A stretch of 63,864 nt of DNA, the filler included, from Folioceros fuciformis (Eukaryota): NCBI GenBank assembly GCA_049999805.1. It is 4 parts of 4 records of this genome, joined end to end, with 100 filler letters (N's around TTAATTAATTAA, not from the genome) between each part and the next. Parts side by side here need not be neighbours in the genome. Positions count along the whole stretch, not along the records: positions 38,360 to 61,512 come from JBNGIO010005797.1; positions 61,613 to 63,864 come from JBNGIO010005813.1; 2 more parts are not named here. One strand, 5' to 3'. Shown one piece after another: positions 52,960 through 63,864 of the stretch. The notes beneath the pieces were generated by a model, which saw nothing but the letters and a program-made list of their open reading frames with translations, did not search any database and had not been told where the DNA came from. The stretch's first letter is position 1. Every line of letters starts with the position of its first letter. Both the position numbers and the translations under genes were made by a program.

Positions 52960-53440
52960 TGGAAATTGATTTGAACTGGCATCGCTGGGCCAGATTTCGT
53001 GAGCATGGTGCCAGATTTTGTGAGAAGAAAAGCGAAGGAGCAGACAAGCTACGGAAGCTACTGTAAGAGCTGAGAATGACAGCCACCGGTACCAGGCAGT
53101 GCATTGAGAATCGATTTACTGCGTGGCGTGAGGTCTTTTCAGCAACAAGTCAGCCGGAGGCAGTGAGCACTGGCTGACTGGCCTGTGCACCGAAGGTTCC
53201 GTTTACAGTCTGAGACTCCTTGCGTTGTTGCATAGCCACACCCAGCCCAAAATCACCAAGTCTAGGAACGATGCTGACATCCAGCATCACATTTTGACTA
53301 GGCTTCACATCCTTCTGAACCAGTGATTACTGTGTAGAGCCTCCGTGAGGACACCCACGAGCATCTGCCGCTTCCACTCCCCGTATGATGCTTAACCTGC
53401 TCCGCCAGTCCAGCCCAAGTGAAACAGCTGCAGCGGGATG
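52960..53440 (-). pseudogene. Truncated lectin-receptor-kinase pseudogene fragment
   Basis: LGLDWRSRLSIIRGVEAADARGCPHGGSTQ*SLVQKDVKPSQNVMLDVSIVPRLGDFGLGVAMQQRKESQTV aligns with the kinase at 60.2-60.4 kb; HRD is degraded, there is an in-frame stop, and most of the last exon is missing. Confidence 0.85.
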
Positions 53441-54261
53441 ATAGCAGCATTCTTGCACAGTTGTACGCGTGCAAGAGAGCCCCACGCTAACTGTCGAATG
53501 ACTCGACAGCCTGTGCATGATAGTTGTGTGATAGATACCTTATGCATGCTGAGGAGAAAGATCGGGAAGATGGCCCCTGACTCCCTTGGAAAGATGTTGG
53601 ACCATCCAAAATTGCTGTTTAGGAACCAGGTAGAAGACACGTGATCTGCTGCTGATGAGGAGGCTGAATGCATGAAAGGTGTGTTGGTGCATAAAATTGG
53701 TTATCTCTACATAACTGTCACAGTACAAACTTTGTTCATCATACGTACTGAAACGTTCAATGGGCCTCCTCGCTTTCATCTTCTTCCTTTCAAATCTTCG
53801 AATCTGTAACCTGATTCTTGCGGAATTAGGTTGTTGCTAGGAACTAGTGCATCTTTCAGCCTTCATGGTCTGTGTTCATGTTGTATTTTTTGACGGAATC
53901 AATGAGTTCGTCTGTTGTCTTCACAAAAAATACTTTCTTTCCTTCTCTTTGTCCTCTTCTTCCATCACTGTGGGAGAAGATGCAGTGAAATTCACAAGTA
54001 CATTCAGCATGCACTAGACCACAAATCTAGTAGTCTATGTGAAACTCGTGTTGAATTGATCGAGCCAGTCATGGAAGCTGTGAGCATGTCAAAGTGCCTC
54101 ATCCAAGTGCCTAATCATGCCTTCTCGCAGGTGTGACAGCATGCGGTGGACTCTAGGGTGCGAGCTTGTATGGGTGACACTGTTGGGTGACAGCCCTTAA
54201 GCCAATGCACTGCGAAACCCCTCTTGCACTCTGCTTTGTAGACATGGTCCTCCGTAGTCCA

Positions 54262-57200
54262 TCAAGCAGTGCTGCTCAGCGCGAAGTTTTGATGCTTCTG
54301 GAGCACGTGCTCCGGCTCCTCCTCATAAAAATACGTGCCGTGATAACCGTATGGAACTCGCTGCGGAAGTTGAAGCTTTGCCACAGGGTCGCCGCTGAAG
54401 TTCTGTGCATCTATGATGTACAACTACAACAAACCAACGGCCCGTGTCTTGTGAGAATTTAATCTACACGAACACCGCATGCCACTGTGCTGACTACCAA
54501 TTTCAAAGCGCAAGGTTGTATGGCAGGATGGATGAAAAGGATGGTCTTACGTAGGAGATCCCTGCTTCCTCGTTGTGCACATAGGCAACCACCCATCCAT
54601 CATCCTCGGTCCGGGAATTGGGTCTTGCCACAAAGGACGGCTCTGAGACTCCCCAACCTGTTCCCAGGTCGTGAAACTCTGCCTTCAACTTCTGCAGGCA
54701 ATAAAACTATCTCTCAGCAGGCGAACAGGTGCAGGAAATGGACTATCACTGCGCAGGATGCAGCAGGCTGTTGTGCGAATCTTCAAAATTAAGAGAACCT
54801 CCTTTGCAGATTGCGGGATTGTCATCTTGGCCCAACCTCCCATAGAAACAACACCTACAAGATCCCACACGCACAGCTTAACACTTGCCAGGGACAAGAA
54901 CCGCATGGAGAATTGTGGCCAGTGCATACCAGTTTCCCTCGCCTTTGCCACATTGGACACAGTCATATAGCCGTATTTATTCTTGACACCGGTGTAAGAA
55001 CGGTTTATGGTCGGGTATTCCCCAGAAAAGCTGTATCCTGAGAGATCACGCTCTGAAACATCCCCTGTGACCAGCAAAGGGTTGCAAGTAAACGGCATCG
55101 TCTTTTCTGATCACATGAAAACGCTCTTACATAGGTCTGCTGGGCCTGGCGTCGTGTTCATGAAGGGTACCTGTGACCACATTAAAGCGCCACTCGTGGA
55201 TATACCCGGCCAGGGCTCCATCAATGGCAGGATCCAGTGCACGCTTAGGATCGACATTCTGGAGACCCCGAGACCACCACTGCTTTCGATCTGCTGCTTC
55301 CTTTGGCAAAGGGATAATGGTTCTCCTTGAGCGAACCCCAATCACTACGACCTTCCCCATGGCCCATATGAGTATAGGATCAATCAGCTCAGGGTCAAGA
55401 GTCTAAAGCCAAGATACATTTTCAGAATGGAATGGAGTCCTCCAGGCCCGTAAAGCTAGTCCTCACCTCATCACCATCCTCGAAGGAATTCACCTTGTGC
55501 CACGAGAAGCCTGTCTCCACGGGAAACCACTTGATAGACTTGCTGTCTCCATATCGGGGGAGTATCCCAACTCGGGATGTGCCATTCGCGTGGAATTCCA
55601 CCAGTCTGTGACCCAGGGCAGCGTTTCATTTGGAGCAGGCAGAGGGATTGAGTAGCTGGCTGCTGGAGATGCTCACCTTCCTCCTCTCATGAGGCGATCC
55701 ACGTTGATGCCAAGAGGAAAGTCAAAGAAGATAGTAAATCTGCACGAGCAAACACAACCATTGTCTCTCCGCATCGAGCAACTTTAGGCAACATCCCGCA
55801 CCAATGCAATGAGCGAACCGTCTTGTAATGGCGAGTTCGTGGCAGAAGACGCAGTGGTCCAGCTCCAAGTCGATCGTTTGAACCAGCCTATCACCATCAG
55901 CTGCACGTACGTCCCAGACTGGAAAATTTCAAGGCTTTCTGCAATCGTGCGTTTGTGACAAGAAGAGCGGGAGCATGGTAAACACGTCGTTCTCACCAGA
56001 CCAGATTGCAATTTCGCCATACGGCTTGAAGGGTCTGAATCCAAAGATGACCATCTCGTTCGTTTCTGGGTCACGCTGACGACGTTCACCACACATGTCG
56101 ATCACTACCTACTGTTTGAGATATCCAGGGAAGAGAGCTCTGGTTGGAATTCATGAGTCGGGGGCAGATGTGTTACCAGAGGGTGAGAACTGAAGGGACG
56201 GTTCCACTGGCCGTTACAGCCATCCCAGGGCCCGATGGTTGTCAGGTCTGACGGATTGAACTCGTACGGAATGTCGCCTTCGGCAGCAGCGAAGTACCTT
56301 CCAGCGTGCTGGAACACATGAGTATTGGATGTCTCCTTGTTCGCCTTCCCAAACCGCAGCTACAGGCAGACAAAATTGACAACAGCAGCCTCTGGAGTTA
56401 GCCCAGTTGTTGCACTTACGCTTGCAATCGAACATCATGCGATCCGCGGAGTGGCTGTCTGTGCAGGATGGTATTTGTGCTTGTGATAGATACCATGTTA
56501 AGACCATAGCTCAAGGCGATAGCCCCAGAATCCCCCTGGAAGGACTTCAACCAAACAGGCCGTCCTCTCTCCTTTTCAAGCTTGTAGCCTTCCGTGTTCA
56601 CATATCTGTTGAGGTAAGCAGCCTTTCCTCCCTTCTCGAAGTAGATTGCATGAAGCATTCCATCAGCCTCAAACGCGTGGTACTCTACTGATCCCAAGGG
56701 ACTTGTCATGCACTTTCCTTCGAATTGAGGATTGGGTCCTGCACATTGTCAACCGGCCCACTCTGCTCCATTCAAAATCCTCCCAACACCCACAGACCGT
56801 CTCAAACCTCCTCATCGGCTAGCTGCTGGCAAATTACAAAACCACATGTGCACTGGGGCTCTCTGAGGCCACCCACCATTCCTGATATACACTCCCGGTG
56901 GGAAGTCACTGGGAATGGACCCCGACACCACCCGCACCGTCGTCTTCTCCGCAATTTCCTCCACAGGAGCCGAATTCCCCTGAAGACAATCATTTCAGTA
57001 TTGTTTGGCACGCGCTTCAGAAACGTAAGCCTGCGGCTGTCAAAGAAAGGGCACGGATTCCTGATCCGAACAGACTTATCACACTGTGCCGGTGTGCCAC
57101 CCACCGCGAAGTGATTGTCAGCGAAGTGGTCTACTTCCTTGAACAGCAAGTTCGCCACATGAGTCAGAACCCGCTCCTTCACGCCGTTGGTGAGATCTCC

Positions 57201-57579
57201 AATCCTCTGCAACAAAGTGACCTTTCGCTGAACACGCTTCACAAAGCTGGACCTGATGAAAGCTTTCTCAGCAACAGGGAGCGAGTCATCCACATCCGGC
57301 CCAGCAGCTGACTCCGCTGTCTCAAGTACTCGGCAGCATACACCCCCTCCTCGCGCTTCCTGCAGTGAGACGTCCAGGCCTAAATCAGAACTTGCTTGCG
57401 AACATGCGCTCATTGACATAAAAATCCGTGCTGATTCGGTCGCGCCAAAATCGACAAACCGTTTTCAGGGGCGGACGCCAGGACTGCCCGCAGAATCTGG
57501 GCAATCTGGAGTCGATTGACGTAATTGGACATGTTCTAGCCCTGGGATGCATCTGGGGTAGGTCTAGAGCCCAAGCCAT
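54262..57579 (-). CDS. Carotenoid cleavage dioxygenase-like copy 3 (ZAS/CCD10/CCDL-type), 14 exons, apparently intact
   Basis: ATG at 57579; intron 1 at 57360-57459; FEADGMLHA, LRFGKANK..NT, WNRPFSSHP, FCHELAIT, SWHKVNSFEDGDE, EDDGW, RVPYGYHG; TGA at 54262-54264; frame continuous across traced junctions. Confidence 0.9.
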
Positions 57580-59523
57580 GCCCGACTACGCCTCAAGCCC
57601 TCCCCGCACGGCAAACAAACCAACGCGTTCACCTTGGCCATCGCATTTTGTGGCTATCTATGTAGGCAGACTCAGTCCCTCCAAGTCGACTCTACACGTC
57701 CTTCTTCTCTTGTTCTTCACCGCAACGCAGATTCCTGTTCCCGCAGGCCCCGTGCTCTCCCCACCACAGGCCAGCCTAAATTCCGTGCAAGTGGACTTAT
57801 GACACGCCTTCGTCTTCTGCTTGTATATGTGTACATTCCATGCTCTCACATGTTTGCTTGCAAAGACTGGGAGAGTATGGATGAAGGAATATGGAATACG
57901 GCATACCAAGGAGGGCGCATCCGTCGCGACTACAGACGTATTTCAAGGAATTTGGAGCAAGCGACAAATGGTCTACTTATTCGCGCTGAAGGATCTCCGT
58001 GGAATCTGTTCCTTTCTGAGACCTATTTTCGGTATTCAAGATGCAGTATTCAATCATTTGCCTTACTTACAGTGCAGGATGGAGTTTTACATCCTCCGTG
58101 GAGATCGTGCCTTTATGCCAACATATGATACACTGGATCCGCTCTTCACGATTTGCAAGCTAGCTACCTAATAACCGTAAGTTGCACTTGGCAGGGAGTG
58201 ACGAGGTTCTGTGGAGTTGCTTGAAAGGATCTTCCTCTCAACTCCGTTTGACAGTGGTGGTGGAATTCACAGGCCCTCAGTCAAGCTCTTGATGCACTCA
58301 AGACCCCTTTGAAGGACAGCACCACAACATGAAACTATTCAGCTCCTTTGATAAGTAAAAGTAGGATCTGAAGTGCTGTCAGGAGGAAACCTGGAATAAG
58401 CTCCCGAGCACAAAGATGCCTTGTTTTTGGAGGCGAATGCTCGTGAATTCTGAAGGGACATGACTGCCAGGTATGAGCAACAGTTCAGTTCAGGTTTTGG
58501 ACCTCCTGTGGTGTCCGCTTCCTTCCTTGCACAGTTGTGCTAGAGAAATTTTAGCACGTGAAACAAAACGAAATGAACAGCCAAGTTCAGTGAACACAAC
58601 CGAGGATTACAGACTTCGAACCACTGGAGGATCACGTTTCTTCGGAATCGCAAGGAAAGGAGCCTCGCAGGTAGGAGTCTTCCCAACTGAAAGGTTTACA
58701 GCAAATGTACATCCATGTGCAGATCTATACCCGTGGTGGAACACAAATGCCGAAATTTAGCAACGCAAATAAAGGCCTTGACATCTAGCAAGGCTTGATA
58801 ACACCCACATCTTGCTCACACACCCCCGTCGAGAACAGAAAGCCTAAGCTAGAGCCAGACCAAGGCCTTGGCCCAAACTTATGATCCAGAAAAAGTTCAC
58901 CTCACCAGAGAATCCTCACCAATACAAGAACAGTGTTAGGCTGACCTCACTTGGAACTCTCAGTGTCCAAGTACATTACAAGCCGCGCGTAGCCCAGACT
59001 GTAGCCATCTATCAGAACGCGCAGGCTCACGGTATCTTTGTACTCGGGAGCTCAAAGATGTCTTGGAGAATGGTGGTGTATAGTCAGGCTGGCCGACGCA
59101 CAGTTCGTCCACATCAACAAGCTTGACTATACTGTTCATCCCCTTTTTCCAAGACTGGTTCACCGAAATTCAAGTGAATGCCAGCGATGGGCCAGACTGG
59201 ATGAACATATTGCCAGACTGAGTGAACAGGACATAATACTGCAAACTGAAGAACTGAGGATGACACCTGTAGCTGCTGTCCAGTGCATCTTGGGTTCAGA
59301 CACATTCTCTAGGCACTGCAGCATATTACAGAGCTGCCGTGTGAGCGTGGGAAACTGATTTAACACTTATGGAAGGAGGTAACAGTAGCCTTAGGGAGGA
59401 TGGATATCGCCAGCAAAATTGGTGTTCCAATCTTGCGAGAGCCCAGTTCGGTCGGAAACCCGTTTGTAGTAAAGCTGTTGAAGAGCATAGGCTAGTTTGG
59501 CAACTGCCACCCCGAATCCATTG

Positions 59524-61652
59524 TTACCTTGCACTGAGTCCGGCCTCCATTGCTCCTGCCATCGATGCCTGCGACCCACTGCGGAATCCTTTGCTCCTGC
59601 TGAAAGCTGCCAGTGTCGCTGCCTGTAACCCGCTCAGGGGCCCCTTTCTCTTGTTGAAAGAATTGATTGTATCCCAGTAGCTTCGTGCTGAAGAAGTTTT
59701 AGGGGATTCAGCAAACTGTGGGGGAATCTCGCGGGGAAGCGTAGGCATCTTGAGAGAGCGTTCCAAGAGTTGGGTGATGGTTCGCATGCTCGGCCTGTTT
59801 GAGGGATTAGGGACTGTGCACATAAGCGCCAAGCGCAGCAGCATGTCAGCGTCCTCTTCCTTGCAGTCTGCCTTTAAAGAAGGGCAAACCGCTCCAATCA
59901 AGTTCTCTTCTGCAATGTACAAATTCCATACCCAAGTCACAAGGATGGTCTCGTTCTGTGGTTTGCTCCAGTCCACAGGTTTTCTCCCACACACTATTTC
60001 GAGAACCATCACTCCGAAGCTATACACATCCGAATCTGGGCCAACTTTCAGGTTTCTCAAGCATTCAGGAGCCAGGTACCCCAGTGTCCCTGATTTTGAC
60101 AAACAGTGATGTTATCTGGCGTGAGACGCTAGCGTTTACAGCAAAGAGTAACTCAAAGTAAAGTAAGCACTGGCTGAACTGATTGTGCAGTGTGCACTGA
60201 CCTGCTGCTCCTGTGACAGTCTGAAAATCCTTGTCCTGTTCGATAGCCACAGCCAGCCCAAAGTCACCAAGCTTAGGGACAAAGTTGGCATCCAGCATCA
60301 CGTTACTCGGCTTGATATCCCTGTGGACCACTAACTGTTTGAAGCCTCCATGCAGATAACCAAGAGCATCTGCCACCCCCCGTATGATGCTCACCCTAGT
60401 GGGCCAGTTCAGCCCTACTGGATCCGGATCAGGTGCATTGGGATGGGGATAGAGGTGGTCCGCCAGGCTGCCGTTCGGCATATACTCGTATACGATCAGT
60501 AACTGGTCATGCTCATAGCACCATCCTTTCAATGGAACCAGGTTTTTGTGGCTCAGCTTCCCGATGGTGGTCACCTGCACAGACATAACATTGTGGAGAG
60601 GTGAGCATGGTAAGGTTTTGCAAGCGTACATGTCAAACACATGTGGCATGATTTGAGGTGAGAAGGAGTGACGATTCACCTCGGTCAGGAACTGCTTTTC
60701 TCCATCCTGAGTATACTTCTTTATCCTCTTTACGGCAACCTCAGATCCGTCTACTAAGACTCCGACGTACACTCCCCCAAATCCTCCCTCCCCTAGAATC
60801 GTGCTGAAGCCTTTGGTTGCCTTCTTGAGCGAGTTGTAACCCATGGGGCCAGGCCCAAACCCTTTGTCAGGCAATGCCCAAATCCGACCCGTTCCTTGTC
60901 TCCATCCAGCTCCTGATCTCCGAGAAGGTCGCTTTTTGCGCCTCCATCTCAAGCAAAGAAACAATAAAAGCAGTGCCAGAACAGGCAGTCCGACTCCGAC
61001 ACCGATTTTTGCTTTGACTCCTTTTGCTACTGTTGGCCCGGGCAGGAACGATGTTGAGAAATTCCATTGGGTGATGAGGACAGTTTCACCATACTCTCCT
61101 GTGGAGGCCGAGAAACCGACGTAGGAGTTTTCATCGATCCACGCAGAAAGGTCGAAATTGGGGTAGGTCAGGATCAGCTGTGCATCCTCCTTCGTGGGGC
61201 TATCTTTTGAGGCAGACACTGAAATGCTGATCTCTTGATTCTCTGCGGAGTATTCGATCCACATTCCAATGTTGCTTCCGTTGTTGATGGACGTTGTCAA
61301 GAAGGGACTTGGTGGTGACACAGCAGTAGAATTGAGGCTGTTGAGATCGAGTCCCACGTGAGGTGCATAAGGCTGGTCGAACCAAGCGTTCCCATTGCGT
61401 TGGAACGTGTCTATCTCTATTGCTACCAGTTTGGAGGTCCCGTCCACTGGGCTACCCGTCTCCCTGCTGAAGTTGAAGAGCCCCAATCCCCCACCCTCCG
61501 ACCCCAACGGACNNNNNNNNNNNNNNNNNNNNNNNNNNNNNNNNNNNNNNNNNNNNTTAATTAATTAANNNNNNNNNNNNNNNNNNNNNNNNNNNNNNNN
61601 NNNNNNNNNNNNGAACGTTGCGGACGAGGACGAGCTTCGCCATGCCGGCCAT
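59524..61652 (-). CDS. L-type (legume) lectin receptor-like kinase, RD type; part of the lectin domain lies in a gap
   Basis: VAIEIDT...HVGLDLNS...YVGFSASTG...WNFS lectin motifs; TM segment IGVGVGLPVLALLLLFLCL followed by RWRRKKR; GEGGFG, VAVK, HRDIKPSN, DFGLA, GTLGYLAPE. Introns at 60575-60679 and 60090-60201. Start (61652 or 61643) is inferred across the gap. Confidence 0.9.
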
Positions 61653-62753
61653 GGTCGCTAACGCGCGAGCTCTGAATGACTGCCAAATTTGAATGGTGAG
61701 TGGCGCTGTGCAGCACACGCAAGTAAGGTGAAAACAGAAACACCAAGGGAAGGCAATTGGAGCTGGTGAGCTGTGCAAGCTTGTAAGCTGAGAGCAGAAG
61801 CAGAAACAGAAGCAGAGAGCTTTCCAGTCTGGAATGCAGTTGTGGGGAAAGCTTGCTGGTCCCGGACTTATTATAGGGGCGATAGCGGAAGGAAGGGTCT
61901 GCGAAGGGAGGAGGCGTGTGGACGTTTTTCAACTGATTCGTGGTAGAAGTGGGGTCGGTCTGCTTCTGCAGTCTGCCCATGGCACGTCACGAGCCTGAAC
62001 GGCATTGCCGGTCGTGCTCTGCCGATGACTTGACACCGAGTGGGCACCTGTCGGCATCCTGTCGGCTTTGCAAAGCCTTGGCATGGAAACATTTCACGAC
62101 TCTGGTTACGGCGGAAACTGGTCAGCACATTCTTGGGCTGCCGTCGTCCTTTTTGGTAGACGGACCGACACACTCGGACTTCCAATCGTCGTCTGAAGAC
62201 TGTGGCTAAGTCATTCCGGTGATATGGAGACACGGTATTAACACCTCAACCGAATCTTTTTCGGGACCAATTTTACGCTTTTCATTTTAGACCCTATTCT
62301 TATTCCATTCTGCGCGTATTCGTTACGTGGTATACTTGTCCTACTGTTAGCCCGCTTGTAACCCAAATGGGTCACATCCATCCAACGTAGACTGTGTCTA
62401 CGCGCGTCACGGACTTGACTTGACACACAGGGCCTCAGCGAGGCACTCTTTGCTGTTCCTGTTCCTGTTCCTGCTGGAGATCCCGATCGCGAAGCAATGC
62501 TTGGTTCAGCCAGCGCTGCGCTATCAGTCGCATGACAACCATTCATATACTGCTTAGCAAGCTTGTACGTCCTGGCCAGTCACAAGTGCGCATGCAGAAC
62601 GATTCACAAAGACCCAATCTTAAGCTTGCACCATTGAGCAACCCAGGCCGGCGTAGCCTGATGCTGCTGGCAATTGACAGACCTAGAAAACAACCATTGC
62701 GACAGGACCCTATTCACCAGTATCAACAGGCTTGCGCACAATGCAGCACCCCT

Positions 62754-62930
62754 GCTGGCCCATGGGCACAGCCATATCCAGAAGGATTAACGGTTTCTAT
62801 AATCAACCTCGCACAAAGCAGCCGCCCAGCTGGCCATGGGCAGAGCCATCTTGGAATGGATTGACCATGCTCAACCTTGTACGAAATCATGTATTCAGCC
62901 CCGCCGCTGGCCATGGGCACATCCACTTTG
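62754..62930. repeat. Three diverged copies of a GCTGGCC(C)ATGGGCA-core motif at ~75-80 bp spacing
   Basis: Cores near 62754, 62829 and 62906 with partial flanking similarity. Confidence 0.55.
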
Positions 62931-63864
62931 CAAACGATTCATAATCAATAGCAACCCTCCCCGGCCGTGCGAAACAGCCAGATTATTTAACGATGGAACC
63001 TCTACCTGGTTGATCACGGCCAAACCGAGCCCTGCAGACGCTCCTATCTCTGGACTGCTTTCGTAATGGCCGCTGCAATCAGCCACTTACCATGGACATA
63101 CTCTTGTGTACAACAAACTCATGATCAGCTAGGAGGCGAGGCACAAGACCATGAATATGGTCTGCTGCAAGCCCAAGCTTGCGCTTGCAGCAGGCCAAGA
63201 CACTAGCTAGAGTTTCCGAGTATTTCACAGCCATCAAGTTACCTATGCCTCCACCATTGTTCCCACTGAACTTGGATCGCGAGCTGCCTCCAACATGGCC
63301 AAGCGAGCACCTCATTGAACAAATAAATGAATACTAGATAGAGGTGGGATTTCAAGAAAAAGGTATTCATCCATTAAGAAAAAGCGCCTCTTGGGATGGT
63401 ACATTTGTTTTTATCCCTACACATTAATGCTATGCCAAATGCTTGATCTGGCTGCTAATCCCATCTGTGTTCATCTCACGCATGTGTGACCAGACTGGTG
63501 TGTGCCCATTCGAGTCGTGCCTGCACAAAAGCGTAAGGGGCTCAGCCTTAACAGTGCGTAGGTTAACATCAACAGCCCCGAGAGAAAAGCAGAAAGAAAG
63601 AAAAGACGACGGACGGAGCTTCAAGCGAGCAAGTAAGTGCAACTCTGTCGGATAGAAGAGCTACGAATAGGAATACCTTAATAATGCATTCTTAGGAAGA
63701 CGCACCATGCTGCCACGTTCAACCCTGAATCCAGACGGCGCGCAGCTTGGTTGCACCTTGTACCACACACCCTGGTCCGTAAATCTGTGCAACACTGCTG
63801 GAGCCTTCACAGTTCCTCTGGTTGTGTATGGACACCCGCGTGCCACCGTCGACTTCACTGATCC

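Noticed and set aside
18004..61568. Identical TTAATTAATTAA 12-mers inside N runs
   Set aside because: Synthetic six-frame-stop linkers from scaffolding, not biology.

Overview
Eukaryotic (land-plant) nuclear genomic scaffold with several N-gaps. Short GT-AG introns, intron-containing LecRK and a Sola/DUF7869-like remnant suggest a non-seed plant such as a fern or lycophyte (inference). Layout: 1-7.2 kb degenerate retroelements; an apparently intact ~24-exon full-size ABCG/PDR transporter (ABCG31-like, 8071-15025, +); a ~23 kb nest of Ty1/copia elements, solo LTRs and a DNA-transposase remnant (15.2-38.3 kb); the 3' half of an organellar ribosomal protein L1 gene; then a minus-strand tandem array of three CCD-like (ZAS/CCD10/CCDL-type) carotenoid cleavage dioxygenases interleaved with an L-type lectin receptor kinase and a kinase pseudogene derived from it. 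CCD copies 2 and 3 look intact with all four Fe-binding His; copy 1 has a +1 frameshift and a His->Tyr ligand change. Most notable: the co-duplicated LecRK-CCD unit, a copia lineage with an extra basic/coiled-coil ORF ahead of gag and non-canonical LTR ends, and an imprecise intron deletion in CCD copy 2. All calls were made by eye; no searches were run.
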